64,000 nucleotides of DNA from Minisyncoccota bacterium (GTDB lineage Bacteria > Patescibacteriota > Minisyncoccia > Phycocordibacterales > CSBR16-119): assembly GCA_041389065.1 (NCBI GenBank), contig JAWKSM010000002.1:65556-129555 (forward strand), read 5' to 3'. The stretch's first letter is position 1, and each line of letters starts with the position of its first letter. The translations under genes and the position numbers were made by a program. The notes below the pieces were generated by a model. The model made no database searches and was not told the DNA's origin. It saw only the letters and a program-made list of their open reading frames with translations. This document shows, one piece after another, positions 27,858 to 37,750 of the stretch.

Positions 27858-28538
27858 GTGCAAGAAACAGATTTGATAATGTCCATTGGCGGACTAACAT
27901 ATGGCGGGATTTTCATACTCGCCCTACTCTCAAATATAATCATACCTGTTCCAGAAGAAATTGTTCTGCTAGCAATGGGATATTTTACTGGAATTGGCTC
28001 TTTTTTATACCCGACAGTTTTAGGGATTTTTATTCTTGGAATGCTAATCAGCGACTACATTTTATTTAGCTTGGCAAAACGCGGAAGTCGTTTGACAAAA
28101 AAGTTAACAGAGAGACTTGAGAAAAAAGGAATTTTAAAAAATACAAAATATTTAGAAAGAAATATAAACAAAATAATTTTCTTTTCTCGTTTTTTGGTTT
28201 ATCTTCGTTTTATGGGACCGGTTATTGCTGGATATGTTGGGATAAGTAGGAAAAAGTTTTTAATGTATGATTTTTTAGCTCTTGTAATCTATGTAAATAT
28301 TTTTCTAGGACTTGGAAATTATTTTCACAAACAAATTCAAATAATAAGTGACGGTGTTGCAAGATTTAAAAACTTTTTACTACTTGGTATTGCTATTATT
28401 TTTGCCTTTTTTCTACTTCGATATATTCAAAGAAATTTTATGAAGTGGCTTACAAAAATCGGAGAATTTATCCCAACAATAATCCCCGGACTTGAACAAA
28501 AAAAGAAGAAGACCTGGAGGATAAATAAAATAAAATAA
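27858..28538 (+). CDS. DedA/VTT-domain membrane protein
   Basis: 226 aa. It contains GGIFILALLSNIIIPVPEEIVLLAMGY...FFSRFLVYLRFMGPVIAG. The start is either GTG 27858 or ATG 27879. Confidence 0.7.
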   Translation: MQETDLIMSIGGLTYGGIFILALLSNIIIPVPEEIVLLAMGYFTGIGSFLYPTVLGIFILGMLISDYILFSLAKRGSRLTKKLTERLEKKGILKNTKYLERNINKIIFFSRFLVYLRFMGPVIAGYVGISRKKFLMYDFLALVIYVNIFLGLGNYFHKQIQIISDGVARFKNFLLLGIAIIFAFFLLRYIQRNFMKWLTKIGEFIPTIIPGLEQKKKKTWRINKIK

Positions 28539-28544
28539 AATAAA

Positions 28545-28569
28545 AGAGGCGCTCCAGAGGAGCGCCTCT
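28545..28569. terminator. bidirectional terminator
   Basis: AGAGGCGCTCC-AGA-GGAGCGCCTCT between convergent genes. Confidence 0.75.
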
Positions 28570-28575
28570 TTTTCT

Positions 28576-29235
28576 TTAAAGTAATCCATTTATCCCTTCA
28601 TAATTCAAAAATCCAAAGATTTTATACGCCCAAGAAATTATAAGATAAAAACTATCGAAATATAGAAGGAGGGAAATAAAGATCAAAATCAATCCTGAAA
28701 AAATAGTTAGCCATTTTGAAGATTTTAAAGCCGGACTTTTCCCTCTTTTTACAAAATACGCCACAACGAGAAACGGCACAATAAATCCAAGCGAGAAGAA
28801 AAGAAATAGCCACAGCGCTTGAAAAACGCTATATGAAAATGTTGCATAAAAGAAAATCCCGGCCAAGACTGGCCCAACGCATGGACTCCACCCAAGAGCA
28901 ATAGAAATACCGAAGAAAAACGGCGAAGCGTGTGAATGAAATATTTTTCGAAGACTTTCGCCAAAAATTTGCCCTTTGAAAAAAGGAAGTCGGAAAAATC
29001 CAAGCATTGAAAGACCGAGAATAAAGACCATTACCGCGCCAAATTTTTGAATCACAAGCTTATATGGCAAAAGTGCTTGGCCTAAAATCCCCGCAAAAAG
29101 CCCAAAGACCATAAAGGTAAGCAAAAATCCGAGACAAAAAAGAAGCGCTTTGTTAAAAACTTTTTCTCGCTCACCGTGCGAAATAAAAGAAATAAATCCA
29201 GGCACAAGCGGAAGCGTACACGGCGCCAAAAACAT
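28576..29235 (-). CDS. ccdA: cytochrome c biogenesis/thiol-disulfide transfer protein CcdA (DsbD family)
   Basis: 219 aa. It contains APCTLPLVPGFISFI...GWSPCVGPVLAGI, the two conserved Cys motifs. The N-terminal helix may extend upstream of the annotated Met. Confidence 0.75.
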   Translation of the reverse strand: MFLAPCTLPLVPGFISFISHGEREKVFNKALLFCLGFLLTFMVFGLFAGILGQALLPYKLVIQKFGAVMVFILGLSMLGFFRLPFFKGQIFGESLRKIFHSHASPFFFGISIALGWSPCVGPVLAGIFFYATFSYSVFQALWLFLFFSLGFIVPFLVVAYFVKRGKSPALKSSKWLTIFSGLILIFISLLLYFDSFYLIISWAYKIFGFLNYEGINGLL

Positions 29236-29285
29236 AACAAGCCCCGCAATAAATGATGTAATAATAGTTACGTGTTGTATAAAGA

Positions 29286-29965
29286 CTATTTACCAATCTT
29301 CTCCTCCCTCGTTATTTTTCCATCTTCAAGATAGATAATTCTGTCACAATAAAGTGTGTATTCTTTTTCGTGAGTTACCATTACGATTGTCTGGCCTTTT
29401 TTGTTAAGGTCGCGAAGAACTTCGATAATGTGATTTCCCGACGCAGAATCAAGGTTGGCTGTCGGTTCATCGGCGAAAGAATTTTTGGATCTTCGGCGAT
29501 TGCACGAGCGATAGATACGCGTTGTTGTTCACCACCAGAGAGTTGTGAAGGTCTGTTATTTTCTCGGTGAGAAAGCCCAACCTCTGTTAGAGCTTTGAGC
29601 GCTGTCTTTTTCGCTTCATCCTGTAATTGCCCTTTCATGAGAAGTGGAACAAGAACATTTTCAGAAGCAGTAAGTTCCGGCACAAGCGCATAATCTTGGA
29701 AAACATAGCCAAGTCTGTCGAGACGAAATCTTGTTCTCTCTTTGTTTGAAAGTTCTAAAACTTCTTCGCCATCGACAACAATACTTCCCGATGTCGGTTC
29801 GTCTAGCAAACTCATTTGATACATTAGAGTTGATTTTCCAGCACCAGACTTTCCCATTATCGCTACGAATTCACCTGATTTTACTTCCAGGTCAATTCCC
29901 TTCAAGACATGTGTCTCGAGTTTTCCGTTTGTGTATGTTTTTGTAAGATTTTTTATAGTAATCAT
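29286..29965 (-). CDS. ABC transporter ATP-binding protein (MacB/LolD type), one frameshift as assembled
   Basis: Walker A is GKSGAGKST and the signature is LSGGEQQRVSIARA. After AEDPKIL the frame is lost. Restoring one T at the TTT run (29476-29478) reads FADEPTANLDSASGNHIIEVLRDLNKKGQTIVMVTHE... through to a stop at 29286. Confidence 0.8.
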
Positions 29966-30007
29966 GTTTGTAAAGTTTGGTGGGTAAATAAAGTTTTGGC
30001 GAGCAAA

Positions 30008-31273
30008 TTATCTTCCCAAAATTGAATCAAGAGTATTTTTCTTAATAATCATCGAGGCTGGAATAAAGCCGGCAAAGAAAGTAACGATGATAAGAAGTAA
30101 AAATTTTCTCATCGTACTGTCAAAAGGCGCAACCAAAATTCCGTCAGAAAATGGAAAGTCTATCGGATGAGCATCGAAACCGGGAACCATTACTCCGTAC
30201 AAGAAAATTGTTCCTAGAAGTGCGCCAGCAACAGCATAGAAAAGTGATTGAAATATATAGGCAAACTGAATTGATCTGGCCTCGATACCAATAGCTTTCA
30301 AAATTCCAATATATTTTCTTCGGGTTATAGCATTGATAAAAATAATAATGAAAATCGTAATCGAAGCTACAACAATACCAATACTTCCAATAATATTTCC
30401 AAGAAGACCGAAAGCGAGTTTAATATCGTTTAGAAATTGTGGGATAGCCTCTTCAGAGGTTTGAACTTTTGCTTCTTTGTCAAAACCATTTCTAATTAAA
30501 ATACTTTTCAAAGTATTTTCTGAAATTCCATCGTTTGCAATAATCGCAACCTCGTTAACGTTCAAACTTGTTCTATCGAAAAATCTAACAAATTCTTTTT
30601 CTGTCATAAAAATTCGAAAAGATGTTTGGTCAACTTTACTGTCGACTATTCCTTTGACTGTATATTCTTTTGTTTTTCCGTTTGAAGAGATTCTAATTCT
30701 TGTTCCTGGGAAAATATCGTCGAGAGTGTCAAAACCTTCACCAAAAGCAGAAACATAGCGCTGGATCATATTTGCGCCCATCAAAACATATTCGTCATCG
30801 CCTGGTTCTAAATATTCACCTTCTGCAACATATTTTGAAATATTTGTAACTTCGTTTTCTCTTAGAACATCGATACCAGTCACCTGCCCACCAATACTGT
30901 CTCTTAACGCATCTGGGTCACGACGAGTTCGGTAGTTTGCCTCAATACTCGCCGACTGAATAAACCGAGCTGTGTAAGTTTTTACTTCTTTTGTGTTATC
31001 TAAAATTGAAATAATACTTCCACTTCCGTCGATATATGATTCGCCTTTTGGAGTTGTAAGAAGAACGTTTCCACTGTATTGTTCTCTGTTTGCTTTTACA
31101 GAACCTTCAATAAGACCAACCAAAATACCAGACACACCCACAAGATTCAAAAATGTGAGCATCATAATAAAAATTATGAGAGCGGTCGTCCATTTACTAG
31201 ATTTTTTGATTTGTCGTATTCCAAGAAAGAAACCAACTCTAAGTGCTGTTAACATATTACTCAAATTTACCAA
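30008..31273 (-). CDS. ABC transporter permease (FtsX/MacB-like)
   Basis: 421 aa with an N-terminal TM, a large periplasmic domain and a C-terminal FtsX-type 3-TM bundle. Confidence 0.8.
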   Translation of the reverse strand: MVNLSNMLTALRVGFFLGIRQIKKSSKWTTALIIFIMMLTFLNLVGVSGILVGLIEGSVKANREQYSGNVLLTTPKGESYIDGSGSIISILDNTKEVKTYTARFIQSASIEANYRTRRDPDALRDSIGGQVTGIDVLRENEVTNISKYVAEGEYLEPGDDEYVLMGANMIQRYVSAFGEGFDTLDDIFPGTRIRISSNGKTKEYTVKGIVDSKVDQTSFRIFMTEKEFVRFFDRTSLNVNEVAIIANDGISENTLKSILIRNGFDKEAKVQTSEEAIPQFLNDIKLAFGLLGNIIGSIGIVVASITIFIIIFINAITRRKYIGILKAIGIEARSIQFAYIFQSLFYAVAGALLGTIFLYGVMVPGFDAHPIDFPFSDGILVAPFDSTMRKFLLLIIVTFFAGFIPASMIIKKNTLDSILGR

Positions 31274-32640
31274 TAAGAATATCTGATTCAGAAAGACCGC
31301 TTGTCACCTCGATAAGTCCGTCGCCACCAACAAAACCTGTTGTTATGTAAGTTTTAACTTGTTCGTCGCCCATCAAAACATAGACATAGTCGCCTGTTTC
31401 ATCTTTTTCAATAAATTGTTTTTTAATTCTTAGAACATTTTCTTTCACACCTGTTGTAATATCCACTGTCGCAGTCATTCCTGAACGAATTTCTGAATTA
31501 ATTCCGTCTAGATAAAGCGTGGCCTCGTAAACAGAAACGCCTTCAACTATTGTTTCTGCTGGATCTATAGAAGTCACTTTTGCGGTAAAAACTTTTTCTG
31601 GATAAGCATCGAGTGTCACGTTTGCAATCTGCCCAATATTTATCGAAGACAAATCAATTTCAGGAATTTGGATAACGATTTTGTAACTTTCTGGAGAAAG
31701 TAGCGATACCGCCACGTCTGTAGAGTTTGCAATTTCACCCTTGCTTGGCCCAACAAAAGAAATTGTTCCAGAAAAAGGAGCTCTTATAACACGCTGACTT
31801 ATTTCAGCCTGAATTCTAGAAACTTCAGCTTCTGCTTGTTTTATTTTTGCATTTGCAATTTGAGTTGCAACACTTCCCGATTCTCTCGCGTCTCGACTCG
31901 CAACTGCGCTTTTATATTTATTCAAAGCTAAAAGATATGTCGAACTTCTTGTGTTTGGAATTGGGATAACCCAATCAGTAGTTCCCGTGGTAGTTTGAAG
32001 TGTTGCATTTGAATTCAAGCGAAAAGTCCAAGTTTTCCCAGAGCAAAAGAGAATATTCATTTACTGTACTCGATCCATTTTCAAAGGACCAGTGTATCTG
32101 TATGAAGAACCTGATGTTGCCACAGATCCATAAACCTCAGAAAATATTCGCCTCTCATTTCCACCCTTATAAGACCCCACAACAACTGGAGATTCTACGT
32201 TGTAATCGTCGCCACTGTAACGAGGATAAGCTTGCAAGTCGTTATTTAAAAGATCGTCATAAGCATTTTCAACAGCCAGATCAAGTTCAGCTGTATCTAC
32301 TTTTGATTGCGCTTTTTGTAGTTCAAGATTTGCCTCGGCTCTTTTTAAATCTGCATAAAGAGATGCGTTATCGAGACTCATCAAAGTTTGACCTTCAGAA
32401 ACGCTTTGACCTTCAGACACATAAACACCTTCTACTCGGCCAGAAGTAGTAAAACTAAGAGAAACATTTTGAGAAGATTCAACTTCTTTCCAGAAAGACG
32501 AATAGACGAAGTAATATTTCCACTTTTATAAAAACACCACCCTTATGAGAGTGCTATCTTCTTTGTTATTTCCAAAGCAATAATCAGAAGTAAGATTATC
32601 AGGAAAATGGCCCCACCAATAAAATATTTTTTGTTTTTTT
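31257..32640 (-). pseudogene. HlyD/MacA-type periplasmic adaptor, disrupted (in-frame TAA plus several frameshifts)
   Basis: The intact C-terminal ORF is 31257..32060, with the lipoyl/beta-barrel sequence RAPFSGTISFVG...GMTATVDI. A TAA at 32061-32063 separates it from 32064..32420. Further upstream the pieces KYFIGGAIFLIILLLIIAL (TM), KSGNITSSIRLSGK and EVESSQNVSLSFTTSGRVEGVYV lie in different frames. Confidence 0.7.
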
Positions 32641-32994
32641 TCTAAGTTCAGTTTCTCTCCAATTTTAAACCTTGCTAAGTTACTCTATTTTTAAATTAAT
32701 TTAATAAGAATTTTCTACGCTTACATCAACATTTAAACCTGTTTCTGTTTGTCTCCACCCACACCACCAGTCATTTTAGGAGTTGAGCAACAGCTTTTTT
32801 CTTCTTCGTCATTCCAAAGCAAGTGTAACATATAACTATTGCGATACAAACAACCCAAAGTATTACTTTAATGTGTTTTTCATAGTATAGATTTCATTTA
32901 CATGAATAATAATTCTCGGTCAAATTATAACAAATTTTCATTTTAAAATTCATATAAAAGCACCCCTCAGTCATAAGGAGTACTTGGTTTATCA

Positions 32995-33102
32995 CTAGAA
33001 TTGGTTTTGTATATCTTTTTGATGTTTATAAACAAATAACAAAATAGCACAAGTGGTGAAGATAAGGAAAAGAACGAGGGCGAAGACTTTTAAGGCAATC
33101 AT
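32995..33102 (-). CDS. tiny hydrophobic peptide (35 aa)
   Basis: Hand-translated: MIALKVFALVLFLIFTTCAILLFVYKHQKDIQNQF. No support beyond the ORF itself. Confidence 0.2.
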   Translation of the reverse strand: MIALKVFALVLFLIFTTCAILLFVYKHQKDIQNQF

Positions 33103-33215
33103 GTGTCGGAAGTGTTTGTTTTTTTAATTTTACACCCAAAAATATTTTTGTCAAAAAATGTTAATTTTTTTATACGCTAAAATAAACGCACATTAAATTA
33201 AGCCACGATGAAAGC

Positions 33216-33539
33216 TTGCGACCTCTCTTCTTTTGCTTGCTCGTAATTGCGAATTTCGCTTTTGGACAAACAACGCTCATATCTGATGTTCAGAACAATA
33301 ACTTAAAACCAAGAAAGACAAAATACTACAGGATACCTGGACAAGGTATTCTAATTCAATTGAGATATAAAAGTGGGAGAATTTTTCTTTATGGTAATGA
33401 TACAGAGAGTAGAGAGGGCGATTTTATAAACGAAGACTATCCAATAAATCAAAGAAGATTGACAGACTCTCTAGCCGGACCAACCTTTTTCGTTCTTCGA
33501 AGATCGAAACATGCGCCCGTAGAAAAAGTATCAATATAA
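33216..33539 (+). CDS. small secreted hypothetical protein
   Basis: 107-aa track ORF with a TTG start. The signal-like N-terminus is LFFCLLVIANFAFGQ. An ATGAAAGC just upstream is out of frame by one base. Confidence 0.35.
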   Translation: MRPLFFCLLVIANFAFGQTTLISDVQNNNLKPRKTKYYRIPGQGILIQLRYKSGRIFLYGNDTESREGDFINEDYPINQRRLTDSLAGPTFFVLRRSKHAPVEKVSI

Positions 33540-33560
33540 TTCCGATACAAAATCTTGGCA

Positions 33561-34124
33561 TTACGACAAAAGATTCATTCCCCCTCTCCATCGTGGAGAG
33601 TTGGAGAGAGAGGGCCTGTAGGGGCCCTTCCTTTCTTTACCTGCAACACTTACTTTGGAAGAGTCGTCGAATTGTGGCTCGTGGCCTGAGGTATTATCTT
33701 TTCTGAAAATTAGATAACCATAATCAGTTAGATTGTTATTAGAAAAATTTATACTCTCCTTTTGCGAAAAAGGCACGATTTGTTGTCATCCACTCACCTT
33801 CTGCACTCATAGTGTTCCGCAAGAACCGGCCATTTGCATCTGTAAGAGTCACCGGCGCACTTTGCCCAAAACCAATTCCCTGGCGCTCTTCCTTTTATAT
33901 AAATTGGGCTTTCTGTACTTTGATTTTTCTTTGGAGATTCGAGATAAATACTTACCCCTTTTTCACTCATAAATAAAACTTCGGGAGTATCTTCAATCCA
34001 AATGTCTTCTGGTGTGTTAGAAGGTTTGACATTTTTCTTTACAAAACCAAGTAATAAAAGAGTCACTTAATAGTAATGAAATATAAATAATTGTTACGTT
34101 TTTTACAAATTTAATTGTTTCCAT
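33561..34124 (-). pseudogene. Gmad2 (Ig-like) domain secreted protein, at least three frameshifts
   Basis: Four pieces lie in different frames: METIKFVKNVTIIYISLLL; TLLLLGF...SPIYIKGRAPGNWF; GQSAPVTLTDANGRFLRNTMSAEGEWMTTN; and PFSQKESINFSNNNLTDYGYLIFRKDNTSG. Joined, they match the Gmad2 pattern G.A.GNWFFE...D.NG....GEWM...F......L...DNPSG. Confidence 0.6.
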
Positions 34125-34536
34125 ATAAAAAGATTATAACAAAATATATAACAAAACACAAAAACTCCCGCAAATGCGGGATTTTATGTTGATGGGATAA
34201 ATTATCGCTTTTCTTCTCGCAGCTTTTTCTTGCTGTCTTCTTGCAGCTTTTTTAGCTACCTTCTCGGCAGCTTTTTCTTTGACATATTAGTTAGATCACT
34301 CTTCAAGGATTAAAACTATTAATAATATCAACCTACGTTCTCCTTAAAACTTTTACAAAAGCCTGAAGGGAAAGTTTGTTTGAAGTGAACGTTACTAAAA
34401 TTTACTTCTTTTTTAAATGCACAGAGTAAAATAAAACTGTAAAACTTTTCTTTCTAAAAAATTTTTTAGAAAAAAAAGTTTTACAAAAAAATAAAAAAAT
34501 TGCAAAACTTGTTTTGGCAAATTTTTTATTTTATTT

Positions 34537-35089
34537 TTATTTTTTAAATAGTTTGAAAGTAATATTTGTTGGAAGAGAAAACTTTGATTCGACATTCCAT
34601 TTCACACATTTATAATCAAGTTCTCGATCTTTTAGGAAACACTTCCACTTGATTCCGATGATGATTCTTCAGAAACAGTACTGGTAACCTCTGTACGTCA
34701 TCGATGTCCGCGTAGATTGATTCGCCATCGCTTATCATTGAAGTTTTTATATCTCCCATTCCAGCCGGAAGTCCAGAAACACTAATCTTGCTTGTAAAAT
34801 CTCCTCTTATTTTCTTTCCTGAAATATACACAACTCCATTTGAAGATCCGACTTCTGAAGAATGGGTCACTGTGCATTCGTAGTTTCCACCTCTTTGTGC
34901 AATTTTTGCCAAAGTTGTCTTTTCGTTAAAATCTTCTTCCATATTTACATTTTCTGATTCTTGCATTTCTCCCGCATCAGAAGACATATTTTCTGTGTTT
35001 TCATTTTGCATTTCTTTGTCGCCTCCCTTGAATATAAAAAACGCAACACCGCCTAAAACCAAAAGTCCTACTAAAATTTTTGTGAACAT
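34537..35089 (-). pseudogene. membrane-anchored secreted protein, C-terminus frameshifted
   Basis: Track ORF 34616..35089 reads well up to SMISDGESIY. The expected continuation is split over other frames: STVSEESSSESSGSVS, then LDYKCVKWNVESKFSLPTNITFKLFKK, with a stop at 34537-34539. Confidence 0.5.
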
Positions 35090-35125
35090 ATTATTTGTAA
35101 TTTATAAATAATAAAATATTATACA

Positions 35126-36166
35126 CTAAATATTTTCTCCGTCTCGATATATCGAAATAAGTGCGTGAAGCAAACTAATACAAAGCGGTCCAACCAAAAC
35201 TCCAATAGGACCAAGAAGTGAGATCCCACCCAAAACAGCAAACAAAACAAGAAGTGGCGGAATATTTAATTTTGTTCCAATAACTATCGGACGAAGTATT
35301 TCATCTGATAGACCGACAACAACTCCAGACCAAATAGAAAGCCCGACAGCAGAAGCTGTGTCCCCCGTTGCGAACAAAAATAAAATAATCGGTATCGCGA
35401 CAAGCCCAGTTCCGACCATTGGAACCAAAGATGCGACAGCTGCAACAACTCCGAACAAAACAGCGTTTGGAATTCCAAAAATCGCAAGACCAATACCAAG
35501 AAGTGCACCTTGAGCAAATCCAATAAACAAATACCCTACCATTATTCCGTTCACGGCTTGCTTTAATTTTTGAATAACCTTTTTGTCGTAAGAATCAGGA
35601 AGTGGACTTAAAAAAATAATCATCTTTTTCCAACGATGTCCGTCTTTTAGGAAATAGAACATTGAAAAAATTATAAGCAAGAAAGAAAAAAGCGTGTGAA
35701 GTGTTGAACTAAATATTTTTCCAACGTCGTCAGATAGTGTCGCCACAACATCTGCAACTCGCTTTTTCAAATCGACATCGATACCATCTGGAAGAAATCC
35801 GGAGATTTTAAGCTCAAGATCTTCTAGAAACTGATTTGAACCATATGTCGATGTTAGAGACTGATAAAGGTCGGCTGATTGTTGAAAGATTAGCTTCCCT
35901 ATTAAAAAAAGAGGACCACAAAGAACAATAACAAAAACAAACGTTGTTAGAATTGATGCAAGCCAGCCAGACTGCCAAGTCATTTTTGATTGAAGCCATT
36001 TATACAAAGGACTAAAGACAAGAGCCAGTGAAGCAGACAAAACTAAGACACTAAAAAATGGTTTAAATAAAAATAGAGTTAGTCCAAGAGTAATAATTAA
36101 AAGTCCAAAGAAAAAATATTTCGGAGAAATTTTTGTATTCATAATATAAGTATATACAACATACAA
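35126..36166 (-). CDS. AI-2E family transporter (PerM/UPF0118)
   Basis: 346 aa with about eight TM helices and the characteristic C-terminal GGISLLGPIGVLVGPL. Confidence 0.8.
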   Translation of the reverse strand: MYVVYTYIMNTKISPKYFFFGLLIITLGLTLFLFKPFFSVLVLSASLALVFSPLYKWLQSKMTWQSGWLASILTTFVFVIVLCGPLFLIGKLIFQQSADLYQSLTSTYGSNQFLEDLELKISGFLPDGIDVDLKKRVADVVATLSDDVGKIFSSTLHTLFSFLLIIFSMFYFLKDGHRWKKMIIFLSPLPDSYDKKVIQKLKQAVNGIMVGYLFIGFAQGALLGIGLAIFGIPNAVLFGVVAAVASLVPMVGTGLVAIPIILFLFATGDTASAVGLSIWSGVVVGLSDEILRPIVIGTKLNIPPLLVLFAVLGGISLLGPIGVLVGPLCISLLHALISIYRDGENI

Positions 36167-36199
36167 ATTTAATCCTAAAAAATATCCACAAAAAAAAGA

Positions 36200-36227
36200 G
36201 AGCCAGGCGACTTACGTCGCCTGGCTC
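36200..36227 (-). terminator. rho-independent terminator
   Basis: GAGCCAGGCGAC-TTAC-GTCGCCTGGCTC. On the minus strand it is followed by TCTTTTTTTT. Confidence 0.75.
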
Positions 36228-36244
36228 CACTACTCATCACACGA

Positions 36245-36664
36245 TCATGCGCGAGCTCTCGTAGGAATCATGTGACGCGCATCCCTCAGCTGTTCACGGA
36301 AGGGCTTCAAGACCTTCATCCTTTCTTCGTCGAGAAGGATTAGTCTTGCCCGGTATCCGTTGAAAACCAGAAGGCATGATCCGCTCAACTCCGAGTGAGC
36401 CCCCGACAATTCCCCGAAGGAAAAATGAGGGTTGTCACCCAAATTATAATTGGGCCCGATAAGACCAAGATCAGAAAGGTAGTCTTGCAACTCCTGCGTC
36501 AGATCGGAAAGGCAGAACTGGTTTAACCTTGTGGAAAATAGCTCTTCCACCCTATCATCACTAGGAAGTGTGACAGAGATGTGGAGTGATCTCCGTTCCG
36601 AAAGGAAAACCCTATCGATCCCCATTTGCTCATTAGAACGAGCCTCAAGCGCTTGTTGGTACAT
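36245..36664 (-). CDS. hypothetical protein on a GC-rich patch
   Basis: 139-aa track ORF. Line 36301-36360 has 30/60 G+C. It is bracketed by two terminators. No family recognised. Confidence 0.45.
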   Translation of the reverse strand: MYQQALEARSNEQMGIDRVFLSERRSLHISVTLPSDDRVEELFSTRLNQFCLSDLTQELQDYLSDLGLIGPNYNLGDNPHFSFGELSGAHSELSGSCLLVFNGYRARLILLDEERMKVLKPFREQLRDARHMIPTRARA

Positions 36665-36730
36665 GTGTGTTTTTGGTTGTGTTGTTACAGGTTCAGAAAG
36701 ATATTACAATTTTATAAAAAAATGTCAACA

Positions 36731-36756
36731 AAAAGCGCGCCGTGAGGCGCGCTTTT
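36731..36756 (-). terminator. rho-independent terminator
   Basis: AAAAGCGCGCC-GTGA-GGCGCGCTTTT. Confidence 0.75.
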
Positions 36757-36773
36757 TGTTTAAAACAAATTTA

Positions 36774-37133
36774 TTATTTTATTTTGTGATAGTTAACATA
36801 AGAGATAATTAACACAATCATTGCGACAACTGGGAACAAAAGTCCAACGTTAAATCCTGTTACAACCCAAAGGCTGATAAACGCACAGATAAAATCTATA
36901 CCAAAACCAGCATATGCCCATTCTTTTATTCTCGAAGGAACGCTTGGGATAATTAGAACAAGTGATCCAACAACCTTAAATGCCGCGATTATCGTCACAA
37001 AGTAAAGCGGATAACCAAGACCTGTAATTCCAGCAATAGACATTTCCGAATGAGAAGAAACTGCCGACATAACACCTTCGAACAAGAATATAAGACTTGT
37101 TGAAACCCAAAATAATATTTTTGCTTTTTTCAT
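36774..37133 (-). CDS. DoxX-like membrane protein
   Basis: 119 aa with four TM helices. It contains LFEGVMSAV...AAFKVVGSLVLIIP...EWAYAGFGIDF. Confidence 0.65.
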   Translation of the reverse strand: MKKAKILFWVSTSLIFLFEGVMSAVSSHSEMSIAGITGLGYPLYFVTIIAAFKVVGSLVLIIPSVPSRIKEWAYAGFGIDFICAFISLWVVTGFNVGLLFPVVAMIVLIISYVNYHKIK

Positions 37134-37157
37134 GTAATTTATTTAATAATTTTTAAA

Positions 37158-37628
37158 CTAAGCTGCACATTCTTCTTTTGAGAAAAATGATAGTGTCGAA
37201 GACGCATCATATTTCACATCATCAATATCTTCAAATCTTGTTCCTGTTTCGTCCAACTCTCCGTAACCTCTAACAAAGTCATTACCCATTCTTTTGAAGA
37301 TAACATCCATTTGCGAATCCATTCCTTCTGAAGTGAAAGAATATCCTCCGAACAAAATTCCATCTTTGTAAAATCCATCATATGTTCCACTTGAACTATC
37401 TTTTTCAAAATTGTTGAACTCAAGTGTTCCAGAAAACGCTCCATTGTTTTCTATCTTTTGGATTTTTAGAGTGTAGACATCGTTGTCTGTTCTTGAAACA
37501 TAACATCCAGCCAACATCGCCAAATTTTCAGGCTCTGTTGTGTTTTCCATTTCTTTGTCTTTTTTAAACACTGTAAATCCTAAAATAAGAAGTGCCGCAA
37601 CAACCAAAACTATTATTGAATTCTTCAT
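37158..37628 (-). CDS. membrane-anchored/secreted hypothetical protein
   Basis: 156 aa with an N-terminal TM (IIVLVVAALLILGFTVF). No family recognised. Confidence 0.5.
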   Translation of the reverse strand: MKNSIIVLVVAALLILGFTVFKKDKEMENTTEPENLAMLAGCYVSRTDNDVYTLKIQKIENNGAFSGTLEFNNFEKDSSSGTYDGFYKDGILFGGYSFTSEGMDSQMDVIFKRMGNDFVRGYGELDETGTRFEDIDDVKYDASSTLSFFSKEECAA

Positions 37629-37689
37629 ATTGATTTAAAGTTAAATTAATAATAACTTCTCTTGGTTTATTATAGCATATTTAAAGAGA

Positions 37690-37730
37690 AAAAGCCGCCC
37701 CTCTGCTTGCAAGCAGAGGGGCGGCTTTTT
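37690..37730. terminator. long perfect-palindrome terminator
   Basis: GCCGCCCCTCTGCT-TGCA-AGCAGAGGGGCGGC flanked by AAA and TTTTT. Confidence 0.75.
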
Positions 37731-37750
37731 CATTTATCTTTACTCAAATT

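Noticed and set aside
34420-34600. Very AT-rich stretch with repeated A/T runs and a roughly 46-nt near-palindrome (about 34436-34482), considered as a CRISPR, replication-origin or repeat array
   Set aside because: It has no regularly spaced direct repeats or spacers and no DnaA-box-like motifs. It lies just downstream of a gene end and is best explained as an AT-rich terminator or intergenic spacer. The 60-aa track ORF here is low-complexity.
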